The notes below the pieces were generated by a model. The model ran no database searches. It was not told where the DNA came from and worked only from the letters and a program-made list of their open reading frames with translations. Shown in pieces: positions 15,168 to 24,322 of a stretch of 32,033 bases of DNA. A program made the translations under genes and the position numbers. Each line of letters starts with the position of its first letter. Position 1 is the first letter of the stretch. The stretch is taken from positions 1 to 32,033 of the forward strand of contig CANJEU010000001.1 of assembly GCA_947473445.1 (NCBI GenBank). Direction: 5' to 3'. Origin of the DNA: Fidelibacterota bacterium (GTDB taxonomy: Bacteria > Pseudomonadota > Alphaproteobacteria > Rhodospirillales > Rhodospirillaceae).

Positions 15168-16790
15168 ATGCGGGGGACGGCAGCGGCGTCTTATCATCCG
15201 GTGGGCTACACAAACGATGAGCACGCGATGACAAAGACTTTTTCACGCCGCGCGGTAATCCAGCGCGCGTGGCAGACCGCTGCCGCCTTAGCGGCGAGTA
15301 ACGGCAGCGTCTTGGCCGCGACGCAGGCGCCGGTCTTTCTCAATGACCCGTTCCAGCTCGGAGTCGCGAGCGGCGATCCGACCGCCGACGGGTTTGTGAT
15401 CTGGACACGCCTGGCGCCCGATCCTTTCGATCCTGAAGCTCTCCCTTACGAGCCCATCGAAGTAACCTGGGAAGTTGCCGCCGACGAAGGCATGAAGAAG
15501 ATCGTCTCGCGCGGCAATCAGATGGCGCGGCCGCATATGGGCCACAGCGTGCACGTGGACGTGCGCGGGCTTGAACCGCTACGCCCTTATTTCTACCGGT
15601 TCCGGTGCGGCCCGGCGGTAAGCCGCACCGGACGGGCCATGACGTTGCCGACACCGCGCGCGCCGGTCGACCGGCTCCGGTTTGCCTTTGCCTCCTGCTC
15701 GCACCTTGAGCAGGGGTATTTCACCGGCTATCGCGACATGGCTGCCCAAAATCCGAATTTCATGATTCACCTTGGCGACTACATCTATGAGTCGTCTTGG
15801 GGCACGACCGTACGCCATCATCCAGGACCCGATCCCGTCACGCTCGAGCAATACCGCGCCCATCACGCGGCTTACAAACTCGACCCTGATCTGCAGACGG
15901 CACATGCCGCCTGTCCGTGGTTCTTCACCTGGGATGACCACGAAGTCGCCAATGACTATTCGAAAGAGCGTTCGGAACTGATGCCCGATCCGCTCCAGTT
16001 CTATCATCGCAAGGTCGCGGCCTACCGCGCCTATTACGAACACATGCCGCTGCGGCCCTATTCGCAATTCGCCAACGACCAGATGCGAATCTACCAGCGC
16101 GCCTGGTACGGCGATCTTATGGAACTGAATATCCCCGACTTGCGCCAGTATCGGGATCCCATCGCGTGCACGACGCCTGAGCGTCAGGGCGGACGCGTCG
16201 TCGACGAGGCCGCATGCCCCGACGTCCTGTCGCCGACGCGCACGATGCTGGGACGCGAGCAGGAAGTCTGGCTGCGCAACGGTTTCGGACGTTCCGGCTG
16301 CCGATGGAACGTGCTCGCCAGCGGCCTCATGTTCACCGACTTCGATCAAATCATCGGGCCGGGCGTCGGCGCATTCACCGACAGCTGGGGCGGATATCAG
16401 GGGACGCGGCGCCAGATCCTCGACCTGATCAAGACGCGCGGCGTCACCAACGTTGTCGGCATCGCCGGCGATATCCACGGTTTCTTTGTCTCCAAGGTCA
16501 TGGACAATCCCAAGGATCCCGCTTCGCAAGTTTTGATGAGCGAGTTCACTGGCACATCGATCACGTCCGAGAGCTTCAACGCCGCGTTGTTCAACTCACT
16601 GTTACCCGAAAACCCGCACATCTCCTTCGTCGACGATACGGTCCGCGGCTATGTCATGTGTGATCTGAACCATAAAACATGGCGCGCGGACCTCCGGGTC
16701 ATCGACAACGTGCGCGTCCGAAACAGCAGCGTGCGAACCCTGAGGAGCTATATTGTCGAGGACGGGCGCGCCGGGCCGGTCCAGGTATAA
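15168..16790 (+). CDS. phoD: Alkaline phosphatase D family protein (PhoD), Tat-exported
   Basis: PhoD hallmarks: DPFQLGVASGDP, FAFASCSH, HLGDYIYE, TWDDHEVANDY, GDIHG. Twin-arginine signal MTKTFSRRAVIQRAWQTAAALAA. The biological start is more likely the ATG at 15228 (Met21 of the tracked ORF). Confidence 0.9.
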   Translation: MRGTAAASYHPVGYTNDEHAMTKTFSRRAVIQRAWQTAAALAASNGSVLAATQAPVFLNDPFQLGVASGDPTADGFVIWTRLAPDPFDPEALPYEPIEVTWEVAADEGMKKIVSRGNQMARPHMGHSVHVDVRGLEPLRPYFYRFRCGPAVSRTGRAMTLPTPRAPVDRLRFAFASCSHLEQGYFTGYRDMAAQNPNFMIHLGDYIYESSWGTTVRHHPGPDPVTLEQYRAHHAAYKLDPDLQTAHAACPWFFTWDDHEVANDYSKERSELMPDPLQFYHRKVAAYRAYYEHMPLRPYSQFANDQMRIYQRAWYGDLMELNIPDLRQYRDPIACTTPERQGGRVVDEAACPDVLSPTRTMLGREQEVWLRNGFGRSGCRWNVLASGLMFTDFDQIIGPGVGAFTDSWGGYQGTRRQILDLIKTRGVTNVVGIAGDIHGFFVSKVMDNPKDPASQVLMSEFTGTSITSESFNAALFNSLLPENPHISFVDDTVRGYVMCDLNHKTWRADLRVIDNVRVRNSSVRTLRSYIVEDGRAGPVQV

Positions 16791-16992
16791 TCGCAGATTC
16801 GTGACGGATATCTGACAGCGCTTCCTACCGCCCTTATTCGCTATGCACTTCTTGCAGAAACGCGCTGTGGCGCAATTCACACAACGCTAAGGCAAATAGA
16901 GATAGCGGCGACTTGCCGCAGAACCGCAGCATAGCTATCCCCGAACTGTAACATTCCTTTGGTACTCCTCGACCCCGCCAGTCAATCAACCA

Positions 16993-19407
16993 GTGGGGTC
17001 TCTCGCTATGCATCGGAATGCTAACCTGCCCAGGCGACTTGCGTCCGTCGGCGTATCTGCCGTCGCCCTCATCGTCGCGCTGAGCGCACCTGCGTTCGCC
17101 CAGTCGTCCGGTACGCTCGCGATCGAAGAGATTGTCGTCACCGGCAACAAGATCACCATGGGCGGCGCCATGGTCGAGCAGATGGAACCGAAGTCGCGCG
17201 CGGGCATCACGTCTGAACTTATCACCCGTCAGACTCCCGGCCAGACGATCCTGGACGCCATAAACATGCTTCCGGCCGTCAACTTCACCAACAATGATGC
17301 CTACGGCTCCGCCGGCGGCGACTTGGTTCTGCGCGGCTTCGATAGCCAGCGCGTTGCCATCCTGCAGGACGGCGTGCCGCTGAACGATAGCGGCAACTAC
17401 GCGATCTATCCGAGCCAGCAGCTCGAGTCGGATCTGATCTCGGGCGTAACCGTCAACCTCGGCACCACGGACGTCGATAGCCCGACGGCGGCGGCGGCCG
17501 GCGGTACGATCAACTATGTCACCCGCCGTGCGTCCGACGTCTTCGGCGTCCGCGCCGAAGTCGGGTACGGCAGCGAAAACATGAAACGGTTCTACGGAAC
17601 GGTAGAGACGGGCGAGATCGGCCCGATCGGCACGAAGATGTGGATTTCGGCGATGCGGAGCAGCAACGACCTGTTCCGCCCGCACGACGCGACGGTCGAT
17701 CCGGAAGGCCAGATCGAGAAGACCCAGTTCAATGCCCGCATCGATCAGGATTTCGAGGCCGGTTGGGCTAGCCTGATCATGCACTACAATAAATCCCGCA
17801 ACACCTTCATCAACCGCATCAGCATCGCCAACTTCAATGCGCATCTTGCGCCGGTAAACGGGGTTCAGGCCGCGGCCGAGAATATCAACCCGTCCAATAC
17901 GGGCAATATTCGCGGCCTGTCGAGCTGGGATATCAGCGAGACCATCACCTTCACCGTCGATCCACAGTACCAGTACGTGATTGCGAACGGCGGTGGCGCG
18001 GCGAACTGGGCGGAAACAGATCTCCAGCTGCGCGGCAACACCGCCTCGCCGGGCGTTGACCTGAACGGCGACGGCGACATCGCCGACACGGTCCGCCTCT
18101 ATCGTCCGAACAATACCAACACCAACCGCATCGGCGTGACCTCATCGCTGATCTGGCAGTTCGCCGATAATCAAAGCGTCCGTCTCGCTTACACCTTCGA
18201 TCGCGCGAAGCATCGTCAGACCGGTGAAGTGGGCTTCATCAAGACCGACGGCAGCTTCGAGCCAGAGAACGTTTTCGCCGGCAAAAGCGCGGGCATCGGC
18301 GGACGTCAGGTCATCCTGCCGGACGGCACCATCCTGCGCCGCCGCGACCGTGCCTCGGTCGCGCTGCTCAACCAGTTTGCCGTCGAGTATCGTGGCCGGT
18401 ACATGGAAGACCGCTTGCTGTTCAACGCCGGCCTGCGCATGCCGTTCTTTAAGCGTAACCTGAATAACTTCTGCTACCAGCGCGACACGTTCAACGCCTT
18501 CTGCACCACGCAGGTCGGCACACCGGTTGCCGGCACCGACGACGGCACGGGCCGCCCCCTGGTCACGTTCCCGGCGTCCGGCCCGCTCAACACCAACGCC
18601 GCCTTCCGCTACGGTCAGCCGCGTTCGTTCCAGCGCAAGTACGACGAACTGCTGCCGAACCTCGGGCTCAGCTATAACATCACCGATGACGTCACGGTCT
18701 TCACCAGCTTCGCCCAGACCCTCTCGGCGCCGCGTACGGACGACCTGTACGACCAGATTCTGATCGATCCGGGTCCGGAAAAGAACTCGGTCGGCGATAT
18801 CGGCCTGCGCTACAGCAGCGGACCTTTCATGGCCTCGGGCGCCGTCTTCTACAGCAAAATGAAAAACCGCATCGAACGCGTCCTTGATGAAGCCGCGGGC
18901 ATCTCATTCTCGGCCAACGTCGGCGATGTGAAGCAGTGGGGCATCGACGGAGAAATTGCCTACAAGCCGCTCGACACCCTGACCTTCACAACATCGGCCT
19001 CGTACATCAAATCCGAGATCCTCGATAACATCCCGGGCACGACGGCGGGCCCGGCGCTCGCGACCCAAGGCAAATCCCTCTATGAAACGCCGAAGTTCCA
19101 AGGCGGCGTGCGCGCGCAGTGGGATGCGCTCGAGTACCTGAGCCTTGGCCTCCAGGGTAAATACGTGGGCAAGCGGTGGACCAACCTGGTCAACACCGAG
19201 CAGACGCCGAGCTACTCGCTGTGGGACGTCGATGTCCGGGTCGCTCTCGACACCTTCGGCCTTGAAGGCACCTACCTCCAGGGCAACATCCGTAACCTGT
19301 TCGACGAACGTTATCTCGGCGATATCACGACGAACCTCGTCGGCACCGCGCTGATCCAGCCGGGCTATCGCCGCGCTTACACCGTCACGCTGCACGCAGA
19401 ATTCTAA
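16993..19407 (+). CDS. TonB-dependent outer-membrane receptor (TBDR-2)
   Basis: 804 aa from GTG 16993; the ATG at 17008 (MHRNANLPRRLASVGVSAVALIVALSAPAFAQ|S) is an equally good start. TonB box/plug (LAIEEIVVTGNK, LVLRGFDSQRVAILQDGVPLND), barrel, terminal ..TVTLHAEF. Confidence 0.9.
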   Translation: MGSLAMHRNANLPRRLASVGVSAVALIVALSAPAFAQSSGTLAIEEIVVTGNKITMGGAMVEQMEPKSRAGITSELITRQTPGQTILDAINMLPAVNFTNNDAYGSAGGDLVLRGFDSQRVAILQDGVPLNDSGNYAIYPSQQLESDLISGVTVNLGTTDVDSPTAAAAGGTINYVTRRASDVFGVRAEVGYGSENMKRFYGTVETGEIGPIGTKMWISAMRSSNDLFRPHDATVDPEGQIEKTQFNARIDQDFEAGWASLIMHYNKSRNTFINRISIANFNAHLAPVNGVQAAAENINPSNTGNIRGLSSWDISETITFTVDPQYQYVIANGGGAANWAETDLQLRGNTASPGVDLNGDGDIADTVRLYRPNNTNTNRIGVTSSLIWQFADNQSVRLAYTFDRAKHRQTGEVGFIKTDGSFEPENVFAGKSAGIGGRQVILPDGTILRRRDRASVALLNQFAVEYRGRYMEDRLLFNAGLRMPFFKRNLNNFCYQRDTFNAFCTTQVGTPVAGTDDGTGRPLVTFPASGPLNTNAAFRYGQPRSFQRKYDELLPNLGLSYNITDDVTVFTSFAQTLSAPRTDDLYDQILIDPGPEKNSVGDIGLRYSSGPFMASGAVFYSKMKNRIERVLDEAAGISFSANVGDVKQWGIDGEIAYKPLDTLTFTTSASYIKSEILDNIPGTTAGPALATQGKSLYETPKFQGGVRAQWDALEYLSLGLQGKYVGKRWTNLVNTEQTPSYSLWDVDVRVALDTFGLEGTYLQGNIRNLFDERYLGDITTNLVGTALIQPGYRRAYTVTLHAEF

Positions 19408-19431
19408 GAGCAACCGGAATCAGAAACGTAA

Positions 19432-19465
19432 AAGGGCGGATCTTCCGATCCGCCCTTTCTCTTTT
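19432..19465. terminator. Bidirectional rho-independent terminator between TBDR-2 and the convergent Tat-protein gene
   Basis: Perfect 11-bp stem aagggcggatc (19432-19442) / gatccgccctt (19447-19457), loop ttcc, T-rich tail tctctttt. The reverse strand reads stem + ttttacgttt. Confidence 0.85.
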
Positions 19466-19475
19466 CAGAACCAGA

Positions 19476-21263
19476 TCAGATCGCCGGTCCGAGACGCCAC
19501 TTCGTGGCGACGTTCCATTTGCGCGCCTTGAGCTGCGCGGTGGCCCACGCCAAAGGTTCGTTCGCTTCGGCCATGCCAAGCTTAGAGGCATAGACAAGCG
19601 CGCCGCGCGTATACGTCAGATAGGTCATATCGTCGTCGACCCAAGTGTTCGCATCCGTGTAGGTCTTCTTGGCGATGGACTTCGTCAACTCCCACGCTTG
19701 CGCCCATGAGGTCGCAACGGGCGCGGTCTTGGAGGCGCGCAGGATGATCCGGTAAGGCGTCGCATGCGCGCGCACCCAGCCCATATGCTGGCTCGTCCGC
19801 GCGATCGTACCGCCGATCGACCAGGCGAAGGCCGGCCGCCAATCGGCAAAACCCATGAACACCACCCAGCCGATGGTCGCGACCAGGAACTCATCCTGCC
19901 ACGGATCAATCCAAGTCCCCTCGGGCGCCAACGCTTCGCGCCGACCGTTGTCGAGCGAGCCGGCCGCGCGGAAAATTTGCCGCTCCGGGCTCGCGTTGAA
20001 GACGTAGTTGGCTTCGAACCACTGACGAGTCTCCGTCAGCTTCTGCACCCAGTAACGATTGGGCAGCAGCCATTGCGGAACAGCGATCGGCGTCACACGG
20101 GCCGCCTGGGCGAGTGTGCGCAGGTTCCACGCGATGATGCCGGCTTGCGCGCCCGAGGGGCGGTAGCCGGCCGGCAGGGCTCCCCAGTTCCACGTCGCCT
20201 GAAACTGCAGTTCTTCGAGGAAGTACGGATCGTCGGTCAGAACGAACGGCATGTAAGCCAGCGCCGGCTGGTGGGCGCTGTCGAGCGTGACCGGCGTCGT
20301 CGTCTGGCGAATATAGGGTGAACCGGCATTGGCGCCGTACCACGTGGCATTCGGATAGGCGGTAAAATCGAAAGGCCCGTTCTGGCGTTCGTCGCGCATA
20401 TGCCATGGCATCGTTCCGGCGGCTTCGGCCTGCGACATCAGAACATCGAGCGCATCCTGGTCGGACGTAGCGATAAACTGGGCTTGCGGCTCGGTCACCA
20501 AACCAATGTCGGGGCGTTCTCCGGTGTTGGGCATATAGGCCTGCACACCGGCCAGACGCATCACACTGTAGGAGTTTTTTAATGCGGTTAGCTTCACGAC
20601 GGCGTTGCCCGCGCCGGTGGTCAGCGCCTGATAGGCATCGGCCTTCATCAGCAGCTTCGGGGCGTTCGTGTAGTTGCCTGACGTGAATTCGCTCACCACC
20701 GCCAAATCGACGTAATCGCCGTTCGCAAGCGGCATCATATTGAGGCCCGCCATCGCCGGCCCGGTGGGGGTGCGCGTGAAGTGCGGCAGCAAGCCGTACT
20801 GGGTAAGCTTGTCGACGTCGGCCACGACAGGGCGCGGCGCGGATTGCCAGCGCCAGCGCGCAAACCAATAATGTTCGGGCACGTCGATCCGCGCGAGCGT
20901 CTGGGCGCCGCGCGAGATCACGACACTATAGGCGCCGAGATTTTCCGGCGCCGGGCTGAACACGCGGCCGAGTTCAAACACGACCTCGGCACGCTCGCTA
21001 TTGCGATCGGGACGGAAATAGACGGAGAGCGGAATATTCGCGACTTCGCAGCGAATGCAACGCTGGATGAACTTGCCTGTGACGGCGATGTAGTCGCCGA
21101 GGTCTTGTCCGGCCTCCTGGCTGAAGGCGAAGGTCTTGCCGGCGATGGTGACGACGGCACTTAACGGTTCCGCGGTCGCTTGCGCGCGCGCTTTTCCGAT
21201 GTTCAGGGCAGCCACGCCAGCCGCACCAACACCGAGTGCGGTTCTCCGTTTGACCCCAGCCAC
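19476..21263 (-). CDS. Tat-exported protein of unknown function (596 aa)
   Basis: Tracked ORF is 19476..21455. I prefer GTG at 21263 (SD ggaaagag, 7-nt spacer), which gives (M)AGVKRRTALGVGAAGVAALNIGKARAQA|TAE, a twin-arginine signal. The 64 upstream residues look non-coding. No catalytic motif recognised. Confidence 0.7.
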   Translation of the reverse strand: MAGVKRRTALGVGAAGVAALNIGKARAQATAEPLSAVVTIAGKTFAFSQEAGQDLGDYIAVTGKFIQRCIRCEVANIPLSVYFRPDRNSERAEVVFELGRVFSPAPENLGAYSVVISRGAQTLARIDVPEHYWFARWRWQSAPRPVVADVDKLTQYGLLPHFTRTPTGPAMAGLNMMPLANGDYVDLAVVSEFTSGNYTNAPKLLMKADAYQALTTGAGNAVVKLTALKNSYSVMRLAGVQAYMPNTGERPDIGLVTEPQAQFIATSDQDALDVLMSQAEAAGTMPWHMRDERQNGPFDFTAYPNATWYGANAGSPYIRQTTTPVTLDSAHQPALAYMPFVLTDDPYFLEELQFQATWNWGALPAGYRPSGAQAGIIAWNLRTLAQAARVTPIAVPQWLLPNRYWVQKLTETRQWFEANYVFNASPERQIFRAAGSLDNGRREALAPEGTWIDPWQDEFLVATIGWVVFMGFADWRPAFAWSIGGTIARTSQHMGWVRAHATPYRIILRASKTAPVATSWAQAWELTKSIAKKTYTDANTWVDDDMTYLTYTRGALVYASKLGMAEANEPLAWATAQLKARKWNVATKWRLGPAI

Positions 21264-21590
21264 GTGCAATCTCTTTCCCACAATAACAACCGCCGAAGGC
21301 GGCCAAAGAGCGGGAGGCGAAAGAACCAAGTAGATTACACCGACGAGAGTGTCCCCCTCTTGCGGCGTCGCTTGGCGTTCGGCCGTGTCCCCGCAGCCCA
21401 GTCTCCTTTTGCTTTGGAGAGGTCGAGGCGGCAAGCCGAATATCCCGAAGCACAAATCCCTTAGCGTGTGCCGCGTTGTTATTAATGGAAAAATTCGAGG
21501 TGAAAATCTTGCAATAGAAGGCTCGCAGCGAGATGCGAGTTACACGGCGAAACGCGCAGACAACAGTACTGATACAGCGATTGCGCGTAT

Positions 21591-22577
21591 TCAGAGCGTT
21601 TGTTGCGTCATCAAAACAATTGAGCCGGTCGTCGTTCCGCTCTCGAGACTTTCGTGGGCCGCAGCAGCCTGCGCAAGACCAAAGCTTGCGCCGACCTCGA
21701 TCTTCACCGCGTGCGTGCGCAGGGCCGTAAATAAATCGTCGGCCATGGTTTGGCGTTCTGCAGCGTCGAGGAGGTAGTGAAACAGGATCGGACGCCACAC
21801 GGCGTTGGACTTCGCGGCTAGCCGAGCCGGGGCGAAAGGCGCGACGGGGCCGGACGATTGGCCGAAGTTCACAAGAAGCCCCCGGGGCGCGAGGATATCG
21901 AGCGAATTGGCGAAGGTATCCTTGCCGACCGAATCATAGACGACATCGATGCCGCGCCCGTTCGTCAGCTCCATGACTTCCTTCGCGACGTCGTCTTGGG
22001 TGCGAATGATGACATCGGCGCAGCCGGCATTGCGGGCGCGGGCGACTTTCTCTGGGCTCCCGACGACGCCGATCACCCGCGCGCCGAGGCGCCGGGCGAT
22101 TTGGCAAAGCACCAGCCCCACACCGCCGGCCGCCGCGTAGACGAGGCAGGTATCGCGCGCGGTCAGCGGCCGCATCTTGGTGACAAGCATGAGCGCCGTC
22201 AGGCCTTTGACCAGCGATGCGGCGACCGTCCGGTCATCGAGCCCCTCCGGCACCCTGATCAGATGCTTGGCGTCTACAAGCCGGGTGTCGGCATAAGCGC
22301 CGTAACTTTGCGTGACGTAACAGGCCCGATCGCCGGGCGCGAAGTCCCTTACGTCAGGGCCCACAGCTTCGATGACGCCGCTTGCCTCGATGCCCGGCAC
22401 GCCGGGAAGCGCGAGCGTTTTGTAAGCCCCGCTGCGCACATAAATGTCATGGAAATTGACGCCGATGGCGGCTTGCCGCAACCGCACTTGGCCCGGCGCC
22501 GGCGCACCGAGCGCGACGTCTTCGATCTTCAGTTCCTCGGGCCCGCCGTACTGGCGCACCACGATTGCACGAGCCAT
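21591..22577 (-). CDS. qor: NADPH:quinone oxidoreductase (zeta-crystallin/MDR family)
   Basis: 328 aa, collinear with E. coli QorA as I remember it (YGGPEEL..., IGVNFHDIYVRSGAYK, AAAGGVGL nucleotide-binding motif, LESGTTTGSIVL C-terminus). Confidence 0.9.
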   Translation of the reverse strand: MARAIVVRQYGGPEELKIEDVALGAPAPGQVRLRQAAIGVNFHDIYVRSGAYKTLALPGVPGIEASGVIEAVGPDVRDFAPGDRACYVTQSYGAYADTRLVDAKHLIRVPEGLDDRTVAASLVKGLTALMLVTKMRPLTARDTCLVYAAAGGVGLVLCQIARRLGARVIGVVGSPEKVARARNAGCADVIIRTQDDVAKEVMELTNGRGIDVVYDSVGKDTFANSLDILAPRGLLVNFGQSSGPVAPFAPARLAAKSNAVWRPILFHYLLDAAERQTMADDLFTALRTHAVKIEVGASFGLAQAAAAHESLESGTTTGSIVLMTQQTL

Positions 22578-22592
22578 GGCGCGCTCCTGATT

Positions 22593-23396
22593 TTAGATGA
22601 GTTTCAAATGCACGGGCGGCATGCCGTCCATGGCGAACTCAAGCGTGATTCCGGCGCCCAAGAACTGACTTTGAATAATCGATCCGGTCATGACCGGTTG
22701 ACCCGCCTTGAGAACCTTCCCGCGCTTGCCCAGATGGCCGACAAGCCACGCAACAGCGTCGAGGGGATCTCCGCCCATGGTTTCGGCGGTCGTCCCTTGA
22801 TGTGTCACCCCACCATTGATTTTGAGCTTGCCGCGAAGATTGGTGAGATCGATGTCTTTGGACGCCGGCGGGCCGATGACGATACCGCCGTTCCAGCTGT
22901 TGTCGGACGCCAGCGACTTCGCATCGATCTTCGTCATGTCGGCGCCGCGGTCTTCCACAAGTTCATAGGCGCAGTGCAGCGAGCGAAGGTTCTCGCGGAT
23001 GTCGGCCGACGTGCAAGGGCCGCTCATATCCTTGTCGAGAATGACGCAGATTTCGGTCTCGGCGGAAAAACGCACGTAGTCGGCGATGCGTTCGCTGTGC
23101 GGCGAGGTATGAATACGCGTGGCAAGCACCTGCCCCGCGCACGGTTCGTAGACTTTAAGCCAGTCACGCGTCTGCTTGGAGGTGAGCGCAACCTTGTAGC
23201 CGCCGACGGTGGTATTGAACTTCTTCAGCAGCAGCGCGACGTAGGCCTCCTGCACATCGTGCGCATCCTCGACCGTCGGAATGCGATCGGGAATCGGCCG
23301 GAACAGCGCGCGCTCCTCGTGCTGTTGGAAAATTTCGGCCGCCAGGGCTTCGACTTCGGATGGACTGAGCACGTCTGGCACTCCTTTAAGGGGCAT
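22593..23396 (-). CDS. 2-keto-4-pentenoate hydratase / 2-oxohepta-3-ene-1,7-dioate hydratase family protein (MhpD/HpcG-like)
   Basis: Family blocks GGYKVALTS, SAETEICVIL, ASDNSWNGGIVIG, GDPLDAVAWLVGHLGKRGKVLKAGQPVMTGS match MhpD-type hydratases/decarboxylases. The tracked ORF extends to 23477. I prefer ATG 23396 (MPLKGVPDVL.., 267 aa, usual family length) because the extension is encoded by a tandem DNA repeat. Confidence 0.8.
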   Translation of the reverse strand: MPLKGVPDVLSPSEVEALAAEIFQQHEERALFRPIPDRIPTVEDAHDVQEAYVALLLKKFNTTVGGYKVALTSKQTRDWLKVYEPCAGQVLATRIHTSPHSERIADYVRFSAETEICVILDKDMSGPCTSADIRENLRSLHCAYELVEDRGADMTKIDAKSLASDNSWNGGIVIGPPASKDIDLTNLRGKLKINGGVTHQGTTAETMGGDPLDAVAWLVGHLGKRGKVLKAGQPVMTGSIIQSQFLGAGITLEFAMDGMPPVHLKLI

Positions 23397-23452
23397 GGAC
23401 AAGGCGCGCCACCTTAGGAACTCCGGCAGTGTCTCCGCAAGGGAAAGGCGGT

Positions 23453-23481
23453 TTTTCCCCATGTCTGTTTTCCCCATGTCT
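23453..23481. repeat. Perfect 14-bp tandem direct repeat (period 15) in the divergent hydratase/SDR control region
   Basis: ttttccccatgtct at 23453-23466 and again at 23468-23481, separated by g. Confidence 0.8.
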
Positions 23482-23531
23482 CCCGCCAGTCACTCCCTTA
23501 TAAATGAGCCTCTTACCAAGGGAGACGCCGC

Positions 23532-24266
23532 ATGGATCTCGGACTTAAGAACCGCCGCGCATTGGTGATGGGCGCCTCACGAGGGCTAGGGCGCGCCATC
23601 GCCGAAGCCTTGGTGGCTGACGGCGCGAAAGTCGGCATCTGCGCGCGCGAGGGTGCGCGGCTGCATGAGACCGCCGAGGCCATCGGCGCGCAGGCATTCG
23701 CCGCCAATCTTTCCGAGGACGGTGCAGGCGCGGCCGTTGTGCGTGATGCACGCGCGGGCCTTGGGGGCCTCGATATTCTTGTGGTGAATACCGGCGGTCC
23801 ACCCGCAGGCACCTTCGATATGCTGGACGATGCGGCCTGGCGGGCGGGCTTCGAAAGCCTCGTCATCAGCGCCGTTCAGTCGATCCGTGAAGCCCTGCCC
23901 GGCATGCGCGCACAGAAGTGGGGCCGCATCATCATCGTGACCTCGGTGAGTGCGCGCGAGCCGATCCCCACCATCGTCATTTCCAATGTCATGCGTCCGG
24001 GCCTTCATGGCCTGATCAACACCCTGAGCAAGGATGTCGCCGCGGACGGCATTACACTCAACGCCGTGATGCCGGGATTTATATTGACCGAACGCATCGT
24101 TGAAACCGGCTTCGACCAGGCTAAGCTGATCGAGCAGATTCCAGCCCGGCGCCTGGGCAAGCCCGAAGAAGTCGGGGCGCTTGCGGCGTTCCTGGCCTCG
24201 GACGCCGCGGCTTATATCAACGGTCAGGCGATCGCCTGCGACGGCGCGCTGCAGCGTTCGATCTAA
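23532..24266 (+). CDS. SDR-family oxidoreductase (FabG-like subgroup lacking the canonical YxxxK)
   Basis: 244 aa. SD aagggagacgccgcATG. Gly-rich NAD(P) motif VMGASRGLGRAIA, NTGG, IIIVTSVS. SNVMRPGL stands where YxxxK is normally found. Confidence 0.9.
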   Translation: MDLGLKNRRALVMGASRGLGRAIAEALVADGAKVGICAREGARLHETAEAIGAQAFAANLSEDGAGAAVVRDARAGLGGLDILVVNTGGPPAGTFDMLDDAAWRAGFESLVISAVQSIREALPGMRAQKWGRIIIVTSVSAREPIPTIVISNVMRPGLHGLINTLSKDVAADGITLNAVMPGFILTERIVETGFDQAKLIEQIPARRLGKPEEVGALAAFLASDAAAYINGQAIACDGALQRSI

Positions 24267-24299
24267 AAAAAACGCGGCCCCGGAACGGGACCGCGTTTT
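24265..24299. terminator. Bidirectional rho-independent terminator between the SDR gene and the convergent exported-protein gene
   Basis: A-run + acgcgg(ccc) ... (ggg)a ccgcgt + tttt. The stem arms at 24273-24280 and 24287-24296 are flanked by A8 upstream and T4 downstream. Confidence 0.75.
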
Positions 24300-24322
24300 G
24301 ATGTCTTACCAAACCGCAGGCG

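Noticed and set aside
15163-15205. Pho-box-like half-sites (tgtcat ... ttatcat) upstream of phoD
   Set aside because: The half-sites are 27 nt apart start to start rather than the 11-nt phasing of PhoB sites, and the second half-site is poor.
21264-21590. Possible cobalamin, c-di-GMP or other riboswitch in the long leader (e.g. aaggagactgggc resembling a B12 box; gacgccgcaagagg resembling GEMM)
   Set aside because: These are only partial similarities to single conserved blocks. The other mandatory blocks (e.g. GCCACTG, or the paired GEMM tetraloop/receptor) are absent. Reported only as an unexplained leader.
801-23417. Many long ORFs antisense to or out of frame with the called genes (e.g. 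3167..4264 +, 7839..8750 +, 9498..10565 +, 15579..16529 -, 16834..17844 -, 19906..20868 -, 21858..23417 +, 24389..25429 +, 25750..26874 +)
   Set aside because: Each fully overlaps a gene with strong family motifs. Their translations are dominated by R/A/G/D/V with no motifs, which is typical of stop-codon-poor shadow frames in GC-rich DNA.
23532-24266. SDR lacking the catalytic Tyr-x3-Lys (SNVMRPGL in its place)
   Set aside because: I recall a described FabG-like SDR subgroup that naturally lacks a perfect catalytic tetrad. It is therefore probably a family trait rather than a novelty or pseudogene.
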